A stretch of 64,000 bases of DNA from Torpedo marmorata (taxonomy: Eukaryota): positions 110,422,001 to 110,486,000 of the forward strand of contig OZ360233.1 of assembly GCA_977017645.1 (NCBI GenBank), written 5' to 3'. The notes beneath the pieces were generated by a model. It ran no database searches, was not told where the DNA came from, and saw only the letters and a list, made by a program, of their open reading frames with translations. Shown here in pieces: positions 37,349 to 50,066 of the stretch (the first letter of the stretch is position 1; every line of letters starts with the position of its first letter). The position numbers and the translations under genes are program-made.

Positions 37349-38518
37349 AACTGCGCCGCCAATTCTGCTCTCCTGGAACTCAGAGCCTTTCTGATCTCTC
37401 CAAAAGCTCCAAAGCTGAAGATAGCTCCAGCTCCAACCAACCTGATCTTAATCACAGTGGCAGCAGAACATGGTGAGAACCTCAATACTGAAACAAAGTA
37501 GCCTAAGGATGCATCAGACGGTTTTGTAGAAGGGAATTGCTTTCTTTCTGATGGATGGATAGAGCCTCTAGCTGTGAGTAATAAATATTGCAGAGGAATG
37601 GTAAGTAAAGGAGCTGGGAGCAAAAGCATTTGCTGAAATCTTGAAATAAAGAGTATTCTTACTTCTGCCACGTCATTCACTGCAGATTTCTCAAACAATG
37701 AACACCATAAAAGCATTGTAATCACCACTTGGTGCAAATCAATCAGCAACTAATGTGCAAATAATTGATGATCTCTCAAGGTGGGGATGGAATAGCAGTC
37801 TTTATCTTCCTGCTCCGAAAGACTGAATACATGATGTTACCCACACATGTACGATTTAACTTTATAATGCTGGTGTGAACTCACCTTTGGACACTCATTC
37901 AGATCACAATCTGAATTCTGGCATACAACATGCAAGGCCCCAAACACATTGGAGCATTTTCCAATGAGGCAGCCAGCACACATCACACTAGATGTGCATG
38001 CACACCACACACTCATAGAATCCAAAGTACTTAAATAACAAGTGCTACAGAGTCAAGTGTTGAACCATTAACAAACATGGTGAAAGTTCTTTCACTAATT
38101 ATAACACTAAGAAACCATTGTTTGTGAAATTGTAGTACTGATGAAACAGTGCCATGCTTACCATTAGAGAAAGAACTCGATATTTGCTAAATACCAATTG
38201 CCAACATCGGCCTCAGGCAGTCTTTCATTATTTGCCTTGTAACAACTATTAGGATAAACATTTATTTTCTGCCTCCAATAGTGTCTCAGACATCCAGTTC
38301 TGATTTCATTAGATGCAACTCCTGGCAGCATGGAACAAAATGCAAATACACCAGGTCAGTCTTGCTCAAACAAATATGCTTCTGGTAATTTTTCCAGGTG
38401 AAACTTGTAGTTTTGATGACAAATCACTGCTTAAGTTCAGCGTTAAAAGACTGCAGTATGAAAGATCAAGCAAGCCAATGCTTTTCATTCCTGCACGTGA
38501 AGCTGAACTGTTTTCTGG

Positions 38519-38625
38519 CAAGGAGTGTATAAAGGTACAGTTAAGGTGATTACAAGGAGTGTATAAAGGTACAGTTAAGGTGATTACAAGGAGTGTATAA
38601 AGGTACAGTTAAGGTGATTACAAGG
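38519..38625. repeat. Perfect tandem repeat, 3 x 34 bp plus a 5-bp partial unit
   Basis: Unit CAAGGAGTGTATAAAGGTACAGTTAAGGTGATTA. Confidence 0.95.
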
Positions 38626-39401
38626 TGCTGAATAACATTAATCAGGGGACAGAAGAGTCTCCAAGATTTTTTTAATTGTTTTTCATTTCAACTTTGTTGA
38701 GTGCAGACAGTTTGGCAGTGCTCAAGAAACTCAATGCATTTGATTTTAAGGACATTGCAACGTGTAAATATACTTGCCTAAGGCAGAGAGGAATTTCCCA
38801 GATTTTTGCTAATTGTCCTGGGTTTTAAATGCATTTTTGTCTTTCCCACCAGATCACATAGGTTCCTTTGGGCTCCGTATAAAGTGATGAACAAAGGTTG
38901 TTACGTGCACAATCACTAATATGCAATGGAGAAGCACATATACATTGTATTCTCCCTCTAAAATTAAGCTCCACTAGATTCAACAGAGACCAAGGTGGCA
39001 GCAGTTAACTCTAGAGGTGGTGGCTCCCGTCGTCTATCCATGCTGAGTAGTTGGGATCGTTGAGCCCAAGGTAGCAACTGTTAAGTTGGCAAGCAGCAGC
39101 GAAGGTAAGGTAGGCTCACGCTTGACAGCCAAAAGCTTCTGGAAATCGGGGCCACGGGTCAAGGAGGTGTAATGAAAAGTTGAAAGTTGGATATGGGGAG
39201 GCAGCAACATTAGACGAGGAGGCGTGATCCTCGATGCTCACCATCTCTGAAGGGAATTTCTTTCTTTTCTATCCATTATTTTTCTCTTTTTTTTTGCAAA
39301 ATGGCGCGAGGGCAAGGTGACTATTTAACTGGAAAGTAAAAGAAAGCTTCCCACTCTATCTCGATGTACGTGACAATAACAAAGAAATCTAAATCTAAGA
39401 A

Positions 39402-40690
39402 CAGTGAAACCCCTGGTATCCAGCACCCAGGGGGATTGGTAGATGCCGGATAAGACCTGGGAGTTAACACCGCACTGTGTAATTGGATCATGGATTTCCT
39501 CACCTCCAGACCACAATCAGTGAAGATTGGTAAGAACTTCTCCTCCACAATCTCCATCAGTACCGGAGCACCACAGGGCTGTGTTCTTACCCCCCTGCTC
39601 TACTCACTTTATACCTATGTCTGTGTAGCTTGGTACGACAATAACACCATCTACAAATTTGCTGACGATACCACGATAGTGGGTTGTATAAAGGAAGGGG
39701 ATGAGTCAACATACAGGATGGAGATTGAAAACTTGGCTGAATGGTGCACCAACAACAACCTTGCACTCAATGTCACCAAAACTAAGGAGCTGATTGTTGA
39801 CTTCAGGAAAGGAAAGCCAGAGGTGTACAATCCAGTGATCATTGGGGGATCAGAGGTGGAGAGTGTGAGCAAATTTAAGTTCTTGGGAGTCACTATCTCG
39901 GAGGATCTTTCCTGGACCCAACACATCAATGGCATCGTGAAGAAAGCACGTCAGCGCCTCTACTTCCTCAGGAGTTTGCGGAGGTTTGGTATGACATCAG
40001 AAACCCTGGCAAATTTCTACAGAGGTGTGGTGGAATTAGAAAGTGTGCTGACCGGCTGCATCAGGGTCTGGTATGGAAACACCAATACCCCTGAGCGTAA
40101 AGCCTCCAAAAGGTAGTGGACACAGCCCAGGACATCACAGGCAAAACCCTCCCCACTATTGAGTACATCTACAGGGAACGCTGCCGTCGGAGGGCAGCAG
40201 CAATCATCAAAGACCCTCACCACCCAGCACACGCTCTGTTCTCGCTGCTGCCATCAGGAAAGAGGTATAGGTGCCACAAGACTCACACCACCAGGTTCAG
40301 GAACAGCTGTTACCCCTCCACCATCAGACTCCTCAATGACAAAGTCAATCAGAGACTCATTTAAGGACTCTTACTTGTGCACTTTATTGATTTTCTTTTT
40401 GTTCTCTCTGTGTATAGTTTATTTTTTGCACTACCAATTAGTGGTAATTCTGCCACGCCTGCAGGGAAAAGGAATCTCAGGGTTGTATGTGACGTTGTGT
40501 ATGTACTCTGACAATAAGTCTGAAATCTGAAATCTGAAGTGAATTTTCCGGTAGCTTGAGATTGCGTGTTGCGTGATTGGCGAACTAACCGCTAGGGGGC
40601 GTCAATTTTAAACTTCCGTATTTTTTACTTATTTATTTTCCGCATTTTTTTTGCCCGTTGCTTGAATTCCGGATAACGGGGATTTTACTG
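39402..40690. mobile_element. Tigger-like MITE split by a Rex1 insertion
   Basis: CAGTGAAACCCC...GGGGATTTTACTG-TA termini. The halves rejoin to match 16751-16955. Confidence 0.72.
39455..40537 (+). mobile_element. Rex1/Babar-like LINE, RT C-terminal half
   Basis: [38 protein letters not shown] and a (TCTGAAA)n tail. Confidence 0.9.
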
Positions 40691-43268
40691 TACGTGTACT
40701 TACTATGTTTAGCATGTGCAACCAAATTTCTAATTTGTTACATAATTTGTAACAATTTATAATTGCAGCCTACCAAATCAAGTCATCATCGTGCCTTATT
40801 GACACACTGCACATGTAATCGCCTTTGCTTCCAATTAGACTAACCAGTTTTATTTACTGATACCCTTTACCCAAATTGTTTAGTAATCTGCATTGACGCA
40901 TTGAGCATTTCAATGGCTAACAAACTGTGGAGCAAAAAAAAGGTTTTACATCTTTCAAAACAATTGACTTGGTGGTAATCAAGACTGAAATATTCATCCA
41001 GTTGGTTATTTTTCTGTATTCTTAGGGGTGGACAGTAGTATCAAAACAATATTAGCTTCTGGCCCGAGATGATCATCGGGTACAGGTATTAAAGACAAGT
41101 GTTAAGGAGCCACCATCTCATGTGAGAAATAATGGCACAGTAAGATATCATAGGCAATCTCAGTTTTAGTGTGTGAATTCAAAATGCATAATCACTTCTG
41201 GTTTATATTACTAGTTTTAAAAGTGGCGAGGCTGAAATGCCAATCAAAGAAATGTCTTCCAATGACCAAAAGACAATGTCACACTTGTTAACATTATATT
41301 CCAAACAGTTCAAATTGACTTTTAAATAGCTGAATAATATTCCCCACATTCACACATCTCAAACATACCTCTTCATTATGGTTCACAGAGATTTGGATTT
41401 CTTGATTGATCGGGCAGCAACATCATTGCTATTTTGTAATAACCTATAGATTTGGATGAGAATAAGGCATTTCTCAATATAATGTATAAGGCATCGTAGC
41501 TACAGGGGGTTCATTTCCCTTGCTGTCATGAGGTATCTGATGTGACGTGGTTACAATTTTAGTTAAATGGATTGAAAATCAAATTTGTCTTTCAGTATGC
41601 ATATACTTTGCCAGCAATTTAAAACTAACTCATCAGCCTGGAAGTCAATTGCATTAAGTGGAACATCAATTTTACACTGGACCATAACTACTTTCAGAAA
41701 CTTCAATGGAAAGTAACATTAGCCAGATTTCAAAACCAGTGTTGCATTTGATCCCATCAGTTTCCCATTGCACAGATGAGGTTAAAATTGCACCCATTTA
41801 GCTTATGCATGAAGAGAAGTTTGGATGGAAAATTGCTGATTGCTTATATCCTGCTCAGGAGTTGAAAATTTTCCTTCCCAATAAAGTAGGTAATCCTCTT
41901 GCACTCAAAATAATCTCTCGTGTTTCAAAAGGGAAACGATTCAACACAAAGCATATCGGTTCAACTTTCGCTGACACTTGCACCTGCTAGTGATTAGTTG
42001 GTATCTCTTTCAACACCGGAGAGGTCCTTATCTTCCTGCTGTGCCGCCTAAGGTCGCTGTTTTCTGTTCTAATTCCCAATAATTCTCTCGTGATATTTGT
42101 TCTTAACTTATCTCACTGTTGGATCAACCTTCTTAAGCATCACCTGGAAATCAGACTGCAAGGGTTTAAAAATTAAATACGGTACATTGAATATATCAGT
42201 TCCAAGCAACCCATGAATACAAATCAAAGATTTTTCAAAACTTATCTTTTCCTTAGCAATGTTAAACCTGGCTCTATTACACATTACTTTTCCTTTGTTT
42301 CATTAGAGTCAAATTTCGGTGAGTGGATCTGAAGGCTACTTCCTGCTAAACTCATTGTGTCATTATATTCTAAGAAGACAGAGAGAAAACGAGGAAAAGA
42401 GGGCCCGAAGTCTATTTAAAATGCCTTGTATTTATTTTAGAAAATACCATGTATATTTCAAAACTATTTGAAGAGTATTCTCATGAAACAATAACTTCTA
42501 TTTATTCTGCCTTTTGTGTTGTAAATCATTCCACGACAATTCACAGGAGTGCTCAGTCAAAATTTGACATGGAATGACATTAGAACAGGTGAGCTAAAGT
42601 TTGGTCAAAAAGATAACCATAAGGAACATGCCTAAGCACGATAAGAGTAATTTCTGGGCATTTCGTGCTTTGTCTTTCCACATCAGATGTGATACCATTA
42701 AAGATTCTAATGGAGAGGCAGGGCAGAAAAGATCAGGAAGGAAATTCTGGCATTTGACAGATATTCAGCTGAAGGCATAATTGTTGAGCAAATCAAATTA
42801 GGAATGCACAAAAGGCCAGAATTAGAAGAATGTGGAGTTCTAAAAGGCTATAGGGCTAGTGGAGATTTCAGTGATAGGGAGTGCTGAGGGCACGGATTGG
42901 CTTTATATTGCTGGTCTGGTTTAGCAGATCCAGACGTGATGGTTAAGCAGGAACTGATGGAAATAAACAGAAGTGATTACGGTGAAATGAGATTAATGGA
43001 AAAAGGAAAGTCAGTTTGGAGAGTTATAGCCCAGGTAACAAAAATATATGCAAAATAGTTTCATCAGTAGATGGAGTGAGGCAGGATGGACACAATGACT
43101 GCTCAAAATAACTGCTTAGACAATTCTTCACCCTGACAATATAATGATAAAACTAGACAGGTGTCCTTCTTTCAGTCCAGCAGTTGTTGAACAATAATTG
43201 CATTAATTCATTTAATTATGGATTAAAAATGAAATTCAATTCCAGAACACTTTTTCCTCAAAGTAATG

Positions 43269-44015
43269 CCAATATAATTTTTTGCATCAGTTATATTTAA
43301 CACCACAGAAACTACATAAATTAAAACCAGAATTATCTGACCAATGTTTTAGATGTGGTGAAGATGTAGGTTCTTTTATACATTCAACTTGGACTTGCCT
43401 CAAGGTAAAAACCTTTTGGTTAGATATACGAAATTTTTTAGAACAAGTTACAGGAATTGTATTTTCACAAACCCCTGATTTAGCTCTTTTAGAGAATATT
43501 GAGGGTGCAAGACCTAAATTGAAACTATCAAATTATCAATTGGTATTTGTTAAATTAGCTTTAGCAGTAGCGAGGAAATGTATTGCTGTGACTTGAAAAT
43601 TCGATACATCCTTGGATATGCAAAGGTGGCATGCTGAAATTCAGAGTTGTATTCCTTTAGAAAAAATTACATATAATTTGAGGAATAAATATTCTACTTT
43701 TTTGCAAATATGGCGCCCGTATACCCAAATAATGAGATTAAATTTGTAAAGATGTTTTAAACACCTCCAGAACTGCAAGATCATCCTCTAAATGTACTTA
43801 TAAGATATTTTGAGATATGCTACCAGCGGTGCTCCTCTATGCAATCCAAAAATTTCTTTCTTCTTTTTTACTTTTTCTTTTCTTTTTTTTTTATACTTAT
43901 AGATATTTGTGATATAAATGCATATTTTGTAGGGGGGTTGAGGGGGAGGGGGAGAAGGGTTGGGGTAAAATTGTATTATTAAAAAATTAAAATAAAATAT
44001 TCCACAAAAAAAAAT
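43269..44015 (+). mobile_element. L1 3' fragment (different subfamily)
   Basis: HQLYLTP..CFRC..H..W.C, IPLEKITY, G-rich UTR and poly(A). Confidence 0.88.
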
Positions 44016-45094
44016 ATCTAATTTTTTCCAGAATAAAGCACAATAATTTCACTCTTTGCCTTTCCATATCAGAGGTGTATAGTATGATGTCTTCTCTGCG
44101 CAATAGTCCTTTTGGATCACCGTGGGGGAATTTGACCCACCTTGTCCTGGGGGCACCAATACTTAAATACTCATGAGAAAATGTGGTCGTAATTGCCGTG
44201 TCCGATTGGCACACCAGTCAGGTAAGTACCGTACTTACCTACATTCTTAGATCCTCCCCATCTTTCCCCTCACTATGTGGTGCGTCCCATCCCACCCCCC
44301 TTCAAAGTACCTGTCTTTACCTGACCTACTACCAAACCAAATTTCCAGTCTTCCTCTCCAATACCCTACCCACGAAGTATTCTAAGCTTGACCCACCACC
44401 CTCTCCAACTTTCCTTCTCCAAATTCCCTTTACAAGTGCCATTGTCTTCCCTATCACCCTCTCATTGACTCTGTCAGTGCTGGAATCAATCCCAGCAAAG
44501 CCCCACTGATCTTCTCCTCCCTGATGGCCCCAATTAGATGCAGAGCTACACACCAGGCCCTGACCCAAGCACAGCCTACTTGTGGCTACAACATCTAGCC
44601 CAGACAGTAAACCAGGCAACTAATGTTTCACCCCCTAAATGTGCCTTGCCTGTTGAGTGGGCTTTGAAGGCAATTGAAGTTTACAGCAGAGGAGCAATGG
44701 CTAATAAACACTCTATTCCTGTGATCTTCCAGAAAATTCTTCAGCCTGCTCTGGAATTGACGGACACTTGTCAAGCATTTGATTCTGAAGCAGTTACTGA
44801 GATTGAAATTGCAAAAAGAATAAAAGTTATTTGGAATTCTTCCTCTTGGACTTAAGGCAACATGGGTGAAATATGGATGCTCAGTTGTCATGTAACTCTA
44901 TAACAGTACTGTGTTATGGTTCTCTTAATCAATGCTTGGTTTTTCATAGATCACAGTTTGCTCTCTGTGTGGGTGTCTTTTGGATATATGCAAAATCATA
45001 AGTGTAACTTGAGAGTCATAGTAACAATTAAAAATAAATTCTGAGGTCACCTGTACCTGGAGATGGTGGCATGCATCTTCGGGGAGAGAATTAT

Positions 45095-45441
45095 TAGCTT
45101 GGAGACTGGCTCGAGACTGGATGAAGGGGTACCGGGTATTGGAACCAGGATGCGAGAGGGCGCCGAGGGTGCTGAAGGCTTCCTAATCGTGTAGGAAGTT
45201 CAGATCTGGAGCTCAGGTTGCTGATGGTTTGGACAGGAGTCTGTGTGGCTGCAGAGGCTGCGGGAGGTGAATCCATGGACACTCAGTGACTCTGGGGGGG
45301 ACTCTCTGTTGTTTCTCTTTCTCTGACTGTAAGGGGTGCCGGGCAATTTCTGCTGATGTCGAATCTTTGTCTGCCTTATGGCAGACCAAAGTCAATTTTG
45401 TGTAATATTACACCTGTTTTATTACAGAACAATAAAGGTAT
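45095..45441 (+). mobile_element. Non-autonomous Rex1-tailed element (copy D, 3' half); tail resumes at about 47732-47747
   Basis: Homologous to 17790-18135. Confidence 0.7.
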
Positions 45442-47731
45442 TGTAGCGCGTTGCTACGGCTATAGCTCTGCGCGTCGAGTTGGTCGTCGCTCTAGTTCTG
45501 GAGCTCAAGAGGGAGATGCACACCCTCCGAGCGTCAAGACAGAACTACCTATTCTGTCGTCAGCTCTGCTTTTTATAGGCGGGCCGAGCCTGACTGCTGC
45601 GTCACGGATGGGGCGTGGCCTAAGGCGCGATGCCCAGGATTGGTCGGGCCACGATCCATCCTTAGGGATTGGCCCGATCCCTCCTTGTCGTTGTGGCCTA
45701 TGGGAACGGGCCATCCGAATCACGTGCCACCTGCGCGATCGCTGTGTACGAACACGGCTCCCTGTGTCGACCTTCAGAGTAGGCCGCGGGCCGCGACACG
45801 ACCCTCCCCCAGAACCGGCGATCTGTGCCGTGGCCTTGGCCTTGGGAGATCGCCCCCTGCGGCGTGGTATAGCGTGATTGACCGGTTGGCCAGGGTCCAG
45901 GTGTGCTGGCTTGAGTCGGTCAACCGCGACCGTTTCCTCCCTGCCACCAACATCTATGACACAAGTGGAGCCGTTGTGTTTCATAACCCAGTACGGCCCT
46001 TCGTACGGTCGTTGGAGTGGTGGCCGATGCGCCCCTCGCCTTACAAACACATGCCTGCAGTCCTTCAAGTTCCTTGAAGCATAAGTTTTAGGCTGGCCGT
46101 GCGTCCTGGGCCAGCGTACCCAGTCGTTGCCGCAGACGAGTCAGGGCTACTGCTGGAGTCTCCTCCGTGTTCCGGGCGTCGGCCAGGAATTCACCCGGGA
46201 TGACCAGGGGTGCGCCATAGACCATCTCCGCTGCAGACACGTCAAAATCGTCTTTGGGCGCAGTGCGGATGCCCAGGAGAACCCAACGCAGTTCATCAGC
46301 CCTTACTACGCAATGCCACAGGCATTTCTATATCTTCTTTAGATGTTAATTCTTCAAGAATGTCAAAGAGGCTGTGAAACAGGATTTCCACCTTCAGGTA
46401 TGTAAAAACTTACAAGTAAAATGATTATCCCCAAATTGGAGTGGGATGGTGCGGGTGCCAAAAGTGCGAATATCCGAATTATTGGCCGCTCTCAGTCCCT
46501 GTCCAACCCTGCTGCTGCGGATGTCGGAGCTGGAAGGGGGAAAAACACTGACTTCGGCCCCAGTATCGACCAGGAACCGGCGGCCCGACAGGGTGTCCTG
46601 TACATGGAGTAGATTGTGATGCAGGCCGACCACCGCAACCATCAACGGCGGCCGGCGCTGGCGTTTCCCTGAAACGCACAGGGGGAACGGCATCGACGAG
46701 CCTCGGAACCCCACCGCTGGTGGTAGAAACAGTACTCCTGACTGGTGGGCTCCGTCGGTTGGCAGGTCAACTGTTCGGGGGGCCACCTAGCTGTTCGCCG
46801 TGGACGAGACGAGGACACTTGCTCCATTGTTGCACAGTCGTCTTTCTTCGCCGCCCAGAGCACGTCCGCTCGGGCAGCTACCTTCCTGGGGTCGCTGAAA
46901 TCCTCCTCCGCCAGCAACAGCCGGATGTCCTCTGGCAATTGCTCCAGGAAAACCTGCTCGAACAGCAGGCAAGGTCTGTGGTCATCTGATAAGGCAAGCA
47001 TGTCGCTCATGAGGGCGGAAGGGGCCCTGTCCCCCAAGCCGTCCATATGCAACAATTGGGCCGCCCACTCTCGCCTCGAGAGCCCGAAAGTGCAGGACAA
47101 CAGCTCCTTAATGGTCACATACCTCCCCTGCTCTGGAGGACGCCACAGGAAGTCCATAATCCTGGCCACCGTCTCCTGCTCGAGGGCGCTTACCACGTGG
47201 TAATAGCGGGCGGTGTTGTCAGAGATCCTTCGAAGGGCTAACTGCTTCGGCTTGCTCGAACCATACCAGCGGCTGCGATGTCCAGAAGCTCGGCAGCTTC
47301 AACGAAACCACGTTGATTGAATCCTGTTCCATCTTCGGGTCCAAATCGCCGTTTGGACCAGTCGGGGTCACCACTGTAGCGCGTCGCTACAGTTATAGCT
47401 CTGCGCGTTGAGTTGGTCGTCGCTCTAGTTCTGGAGCTCAAGAGGGAGATGCATACCCTCCGAGCGTCAAGACAGAACTACCTATTCTGCCGTCAGCTCT
47501 GCCTTTTATAGGCGGGCCGAGCCTGACTGCTGCGTCACTGATGGGGCGTGGCCTAAGGCGCGACTCCCAGGATTGGTCGGGCCACGATCCATCCTTAGGG
47601 ATTGGCCCGTTCCATCCTTGCCATTGTGGCCTGTGGGAACGGGCTGTCCGAATCACGTGCCGCCTGCGCGATCGCAGTGTTCGAACACGGCTCTCTGTGT
47701 CGGCCTGCGGAGTAGGTCGCGGGCCGCTACA
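45442..47731 (-). mobile_element. CsRn1-clade Gypsy LTR retrotransposon, internally deleted (no RT or RNase H)
   Basis: 357-bp LTRs at 45442-45798 and 47375-47731 (TG..CA). TSD GTAT. PBS TGGTGACCCCGAC (tRNA-Trp). PPT GGGGGAGGG. Gag Cx2Hx9Cx3C (CFYHQRWGSEARRCRSPC), protease FLVDTGAEVS, integrase C-terminus (PYEGPY, RLKPA). Confidence 0.9.
46642..47332 (-). pseudogene. Gag of the CsRn1-like element (frameshifted near the 5' end)
   Basis: LKLPSFW..WFEQAEA, LGDRAPSALM, FLEQLP and a CHCC knuckle. Confidence 0.85.
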
Positions 47732-48001
47732 GTATCATAAATCTTGAGCTTAGGCTTCACTGCAGTATAATGGTAAAATTAAAGGAGGACAAATAGATAG
47801 AGGTAAATCTTCTGAAATTGTGAATGTTTTGATTGTGTATCATTGAAGTAACAGTCCCCCTTTTGACCAGTTGCCTGTGAAGCAGGGAAAGTACAAACCT
47901 GTAGTTGACAAGAAATTTAATTTACATTTTACTTTAGTGTCAGCCCAAATTTAAAACACCTACCAAAATCTATGAGCATCTCCAGCTTTGTGTGTTTTTA
48001 G

Positions 48002-48850
48002 TGTTATGGACCATGACTGACCATTTGGACTGCGGAAGATCAGCAGGAAGGATGAAGTCTTTTGGAGTACACACTGGGACCTGGTACTGAAAGAGTTAAC
48101 TTGCCCAGGACTTCTTGTACTCACAGATAGAGAGACAGGCTGTGGAAAGATATTTTGTTGCACTTTTGCAAAAGCAGGTGCAAACCTCTTCAAAAAGCAT
48201 TCAGTTTCAGTTTGGAGTTGCAAGAGGCTGGAAGAACACAGCCAAAATCCAGGCTTGTGCATCCCAGGGGAAAAGGCTGAGAGAATAGCACATGGCCTCC
48301 TGTATCAGCAAAATCCTGAGTTAAAACAACTTTCGTGGAGAACAGGTGTGAGATCAGCGAGACCGGCTGTGAGATCCAAGTACACGCCTCAATCAGTGGT
48401 ATACTGATTTAGAGTCGCAATCCTCGTGTACCTACCAAAAGGGAAAGTCATCAGAGAAGAAAAGCAGGCCAAGCATTCGTAAGCTTAAACAGTCATTGTC
48501 TCTCTCTCCAACATTCATTAAGAAGTCCTTCGTGCCAGCACACAGAGCTGAATTTGGACGCTGAACATAGAGAGTGATTTTTGTGGACTGTATTTTTGGG
48601 ACTGACTTATTTTTATGACTGACCTGAGGGTTTTGGGGAAGGTTTTCCATTTTTACATGAGGGTTGGGCACAGACTGTAATGGTCTGCGCTTTACACACA
48701 CACTCTTTAGATAAGAATAGTGTTTATAGACGTTTATAGTGGGGTTAATTGTTAAAAAATTATATGTTTAATTGTCTTTAATAAATATAAATTTCAATTT
48801 TCCCCATTTTGCATTGCGTCTTCTGTCGTTGCTGGTTTGAATTTGTAACA
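48002..48850 (+). mobile_element. Solo LTR of the Gmr1-like family
   Basis: TGTTATGG...TGTAACA with TSD TTAG at 47998-48001 and 48851-48854. Confidence 0.93.
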
Positions 48851-49624
48851 TTAGCATCTACAATGTTGCTGTTTGATGAGCCCATCAATAACTTCAAAAG
48901 ACTAGAAGTTGTACTTGAACTGAAAGGCTTTTATTAGCAATAGAATGGAGTTACATCCATGCTGGTTGTCTGTCCTGGACTGGGGGAGGAGCAGTGGCAC
49001 AGTCGCCTTTATTCAGAGGGTCTGTGGGAGGAGCCACAGGAACAGTCAGCAGAGGGCATGTCCAGACATCTCACCCAGCCATAACTTGTACACAGTGGTT
49101 TACCACACTGTTTCTGAAAGAGCAACTTTTTAAAAAAAACTTTTCTCTTAGATTTGCCACAAGCAAAAGAAAACTCATGAAGCACCAGACACGTCTGGGC
49201 TCAAATCACTGCTCAATGTATGAGGAAATAGCTACCTGGAAATGCCACATGGTTTCAACTGATAAAACACAAAGATTGCCAAGTTCCTTATGCACCGTGG
49301 ACATCTGAAAACGTCTACACAGATAATTCAAAGTCATGTGGCTATTATACAACAGTCTAAGGGAAGCTTAATTTTCATTTAAACCAAATCAATATTGTGA
49401 ATTTTATTGGAAACAGAATGAAAACTATGTAAATAGATCAAACAATGTTGAGTCAGCTAATTCATAAAGAATGTTAGCCACATGCTTCAGCTATACCATA
49501 TGTGTAACAGTATTTGTGCAAGGAAAATCACTTTCCCATGCATGTAACAAAGGTACTGAGGTTTTCATATGAACAGTAAATTAATTGGTGCTGAAATTAC
49601 CAATATAGATAGAGTAGATAATTA

Positions 49625-50066
49625 CTGTCCTTTTCCCGGAATGGGGGAGCCAAATGGTGTAAGATGAGAGTGGAAAGATTTAAAAAGGACATGTGAGAGA
49701 CTGTGGAGACTAAAATCTGAAACAAAACACAATCTGCTGGAGGAACTCAATGGATCGAACAGGAGAAGTGGGAGGAAAAGAACCATCAATGTTTTAAGAC
49801 AGACCCCTTCATCAAAACTTACCAAGGATCTGAGGGGCAAGATTTTCATATAAAGGGTAGTAGTTATGGATGGAACAAGGTGCCAGAGTAGGTGGAGAAG
49901 TCAGGTACAATGACAACATTTGAAAAAACATTTGGTCCATGCCATGGATAGGAAAAGTTGAGAGGGATAATGGGCCAAACACAGGCAAATTGGATTAGCT
50001 TAACAAATTGGGTTGCCATGGATGAATTGGGCAATAGAGCCTGTTTCCACACTATTAATCTATAAT
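49625..50066 (+). mobile_element. Degraded CR1 3' end with a short Penelope-like terminal piece (~49700-49815)
   Basis: Similar to 26270-27071 and to CTGCTGGAGGAACTCA..CCCTTCATC. Confidence 0.5.

Noticed and set aside
38519-38625. CRISPR-like 34-bp repeats
   Set aside because: Repeats are contiguous with no spacers, there are no cas genes, and the context is eukaryotic.
45505-46068. 187-aa ORF as an env-like or extra gene
   Set aside because: It is the integrase C-terminus reading through into the GC-rich 3' LTR.
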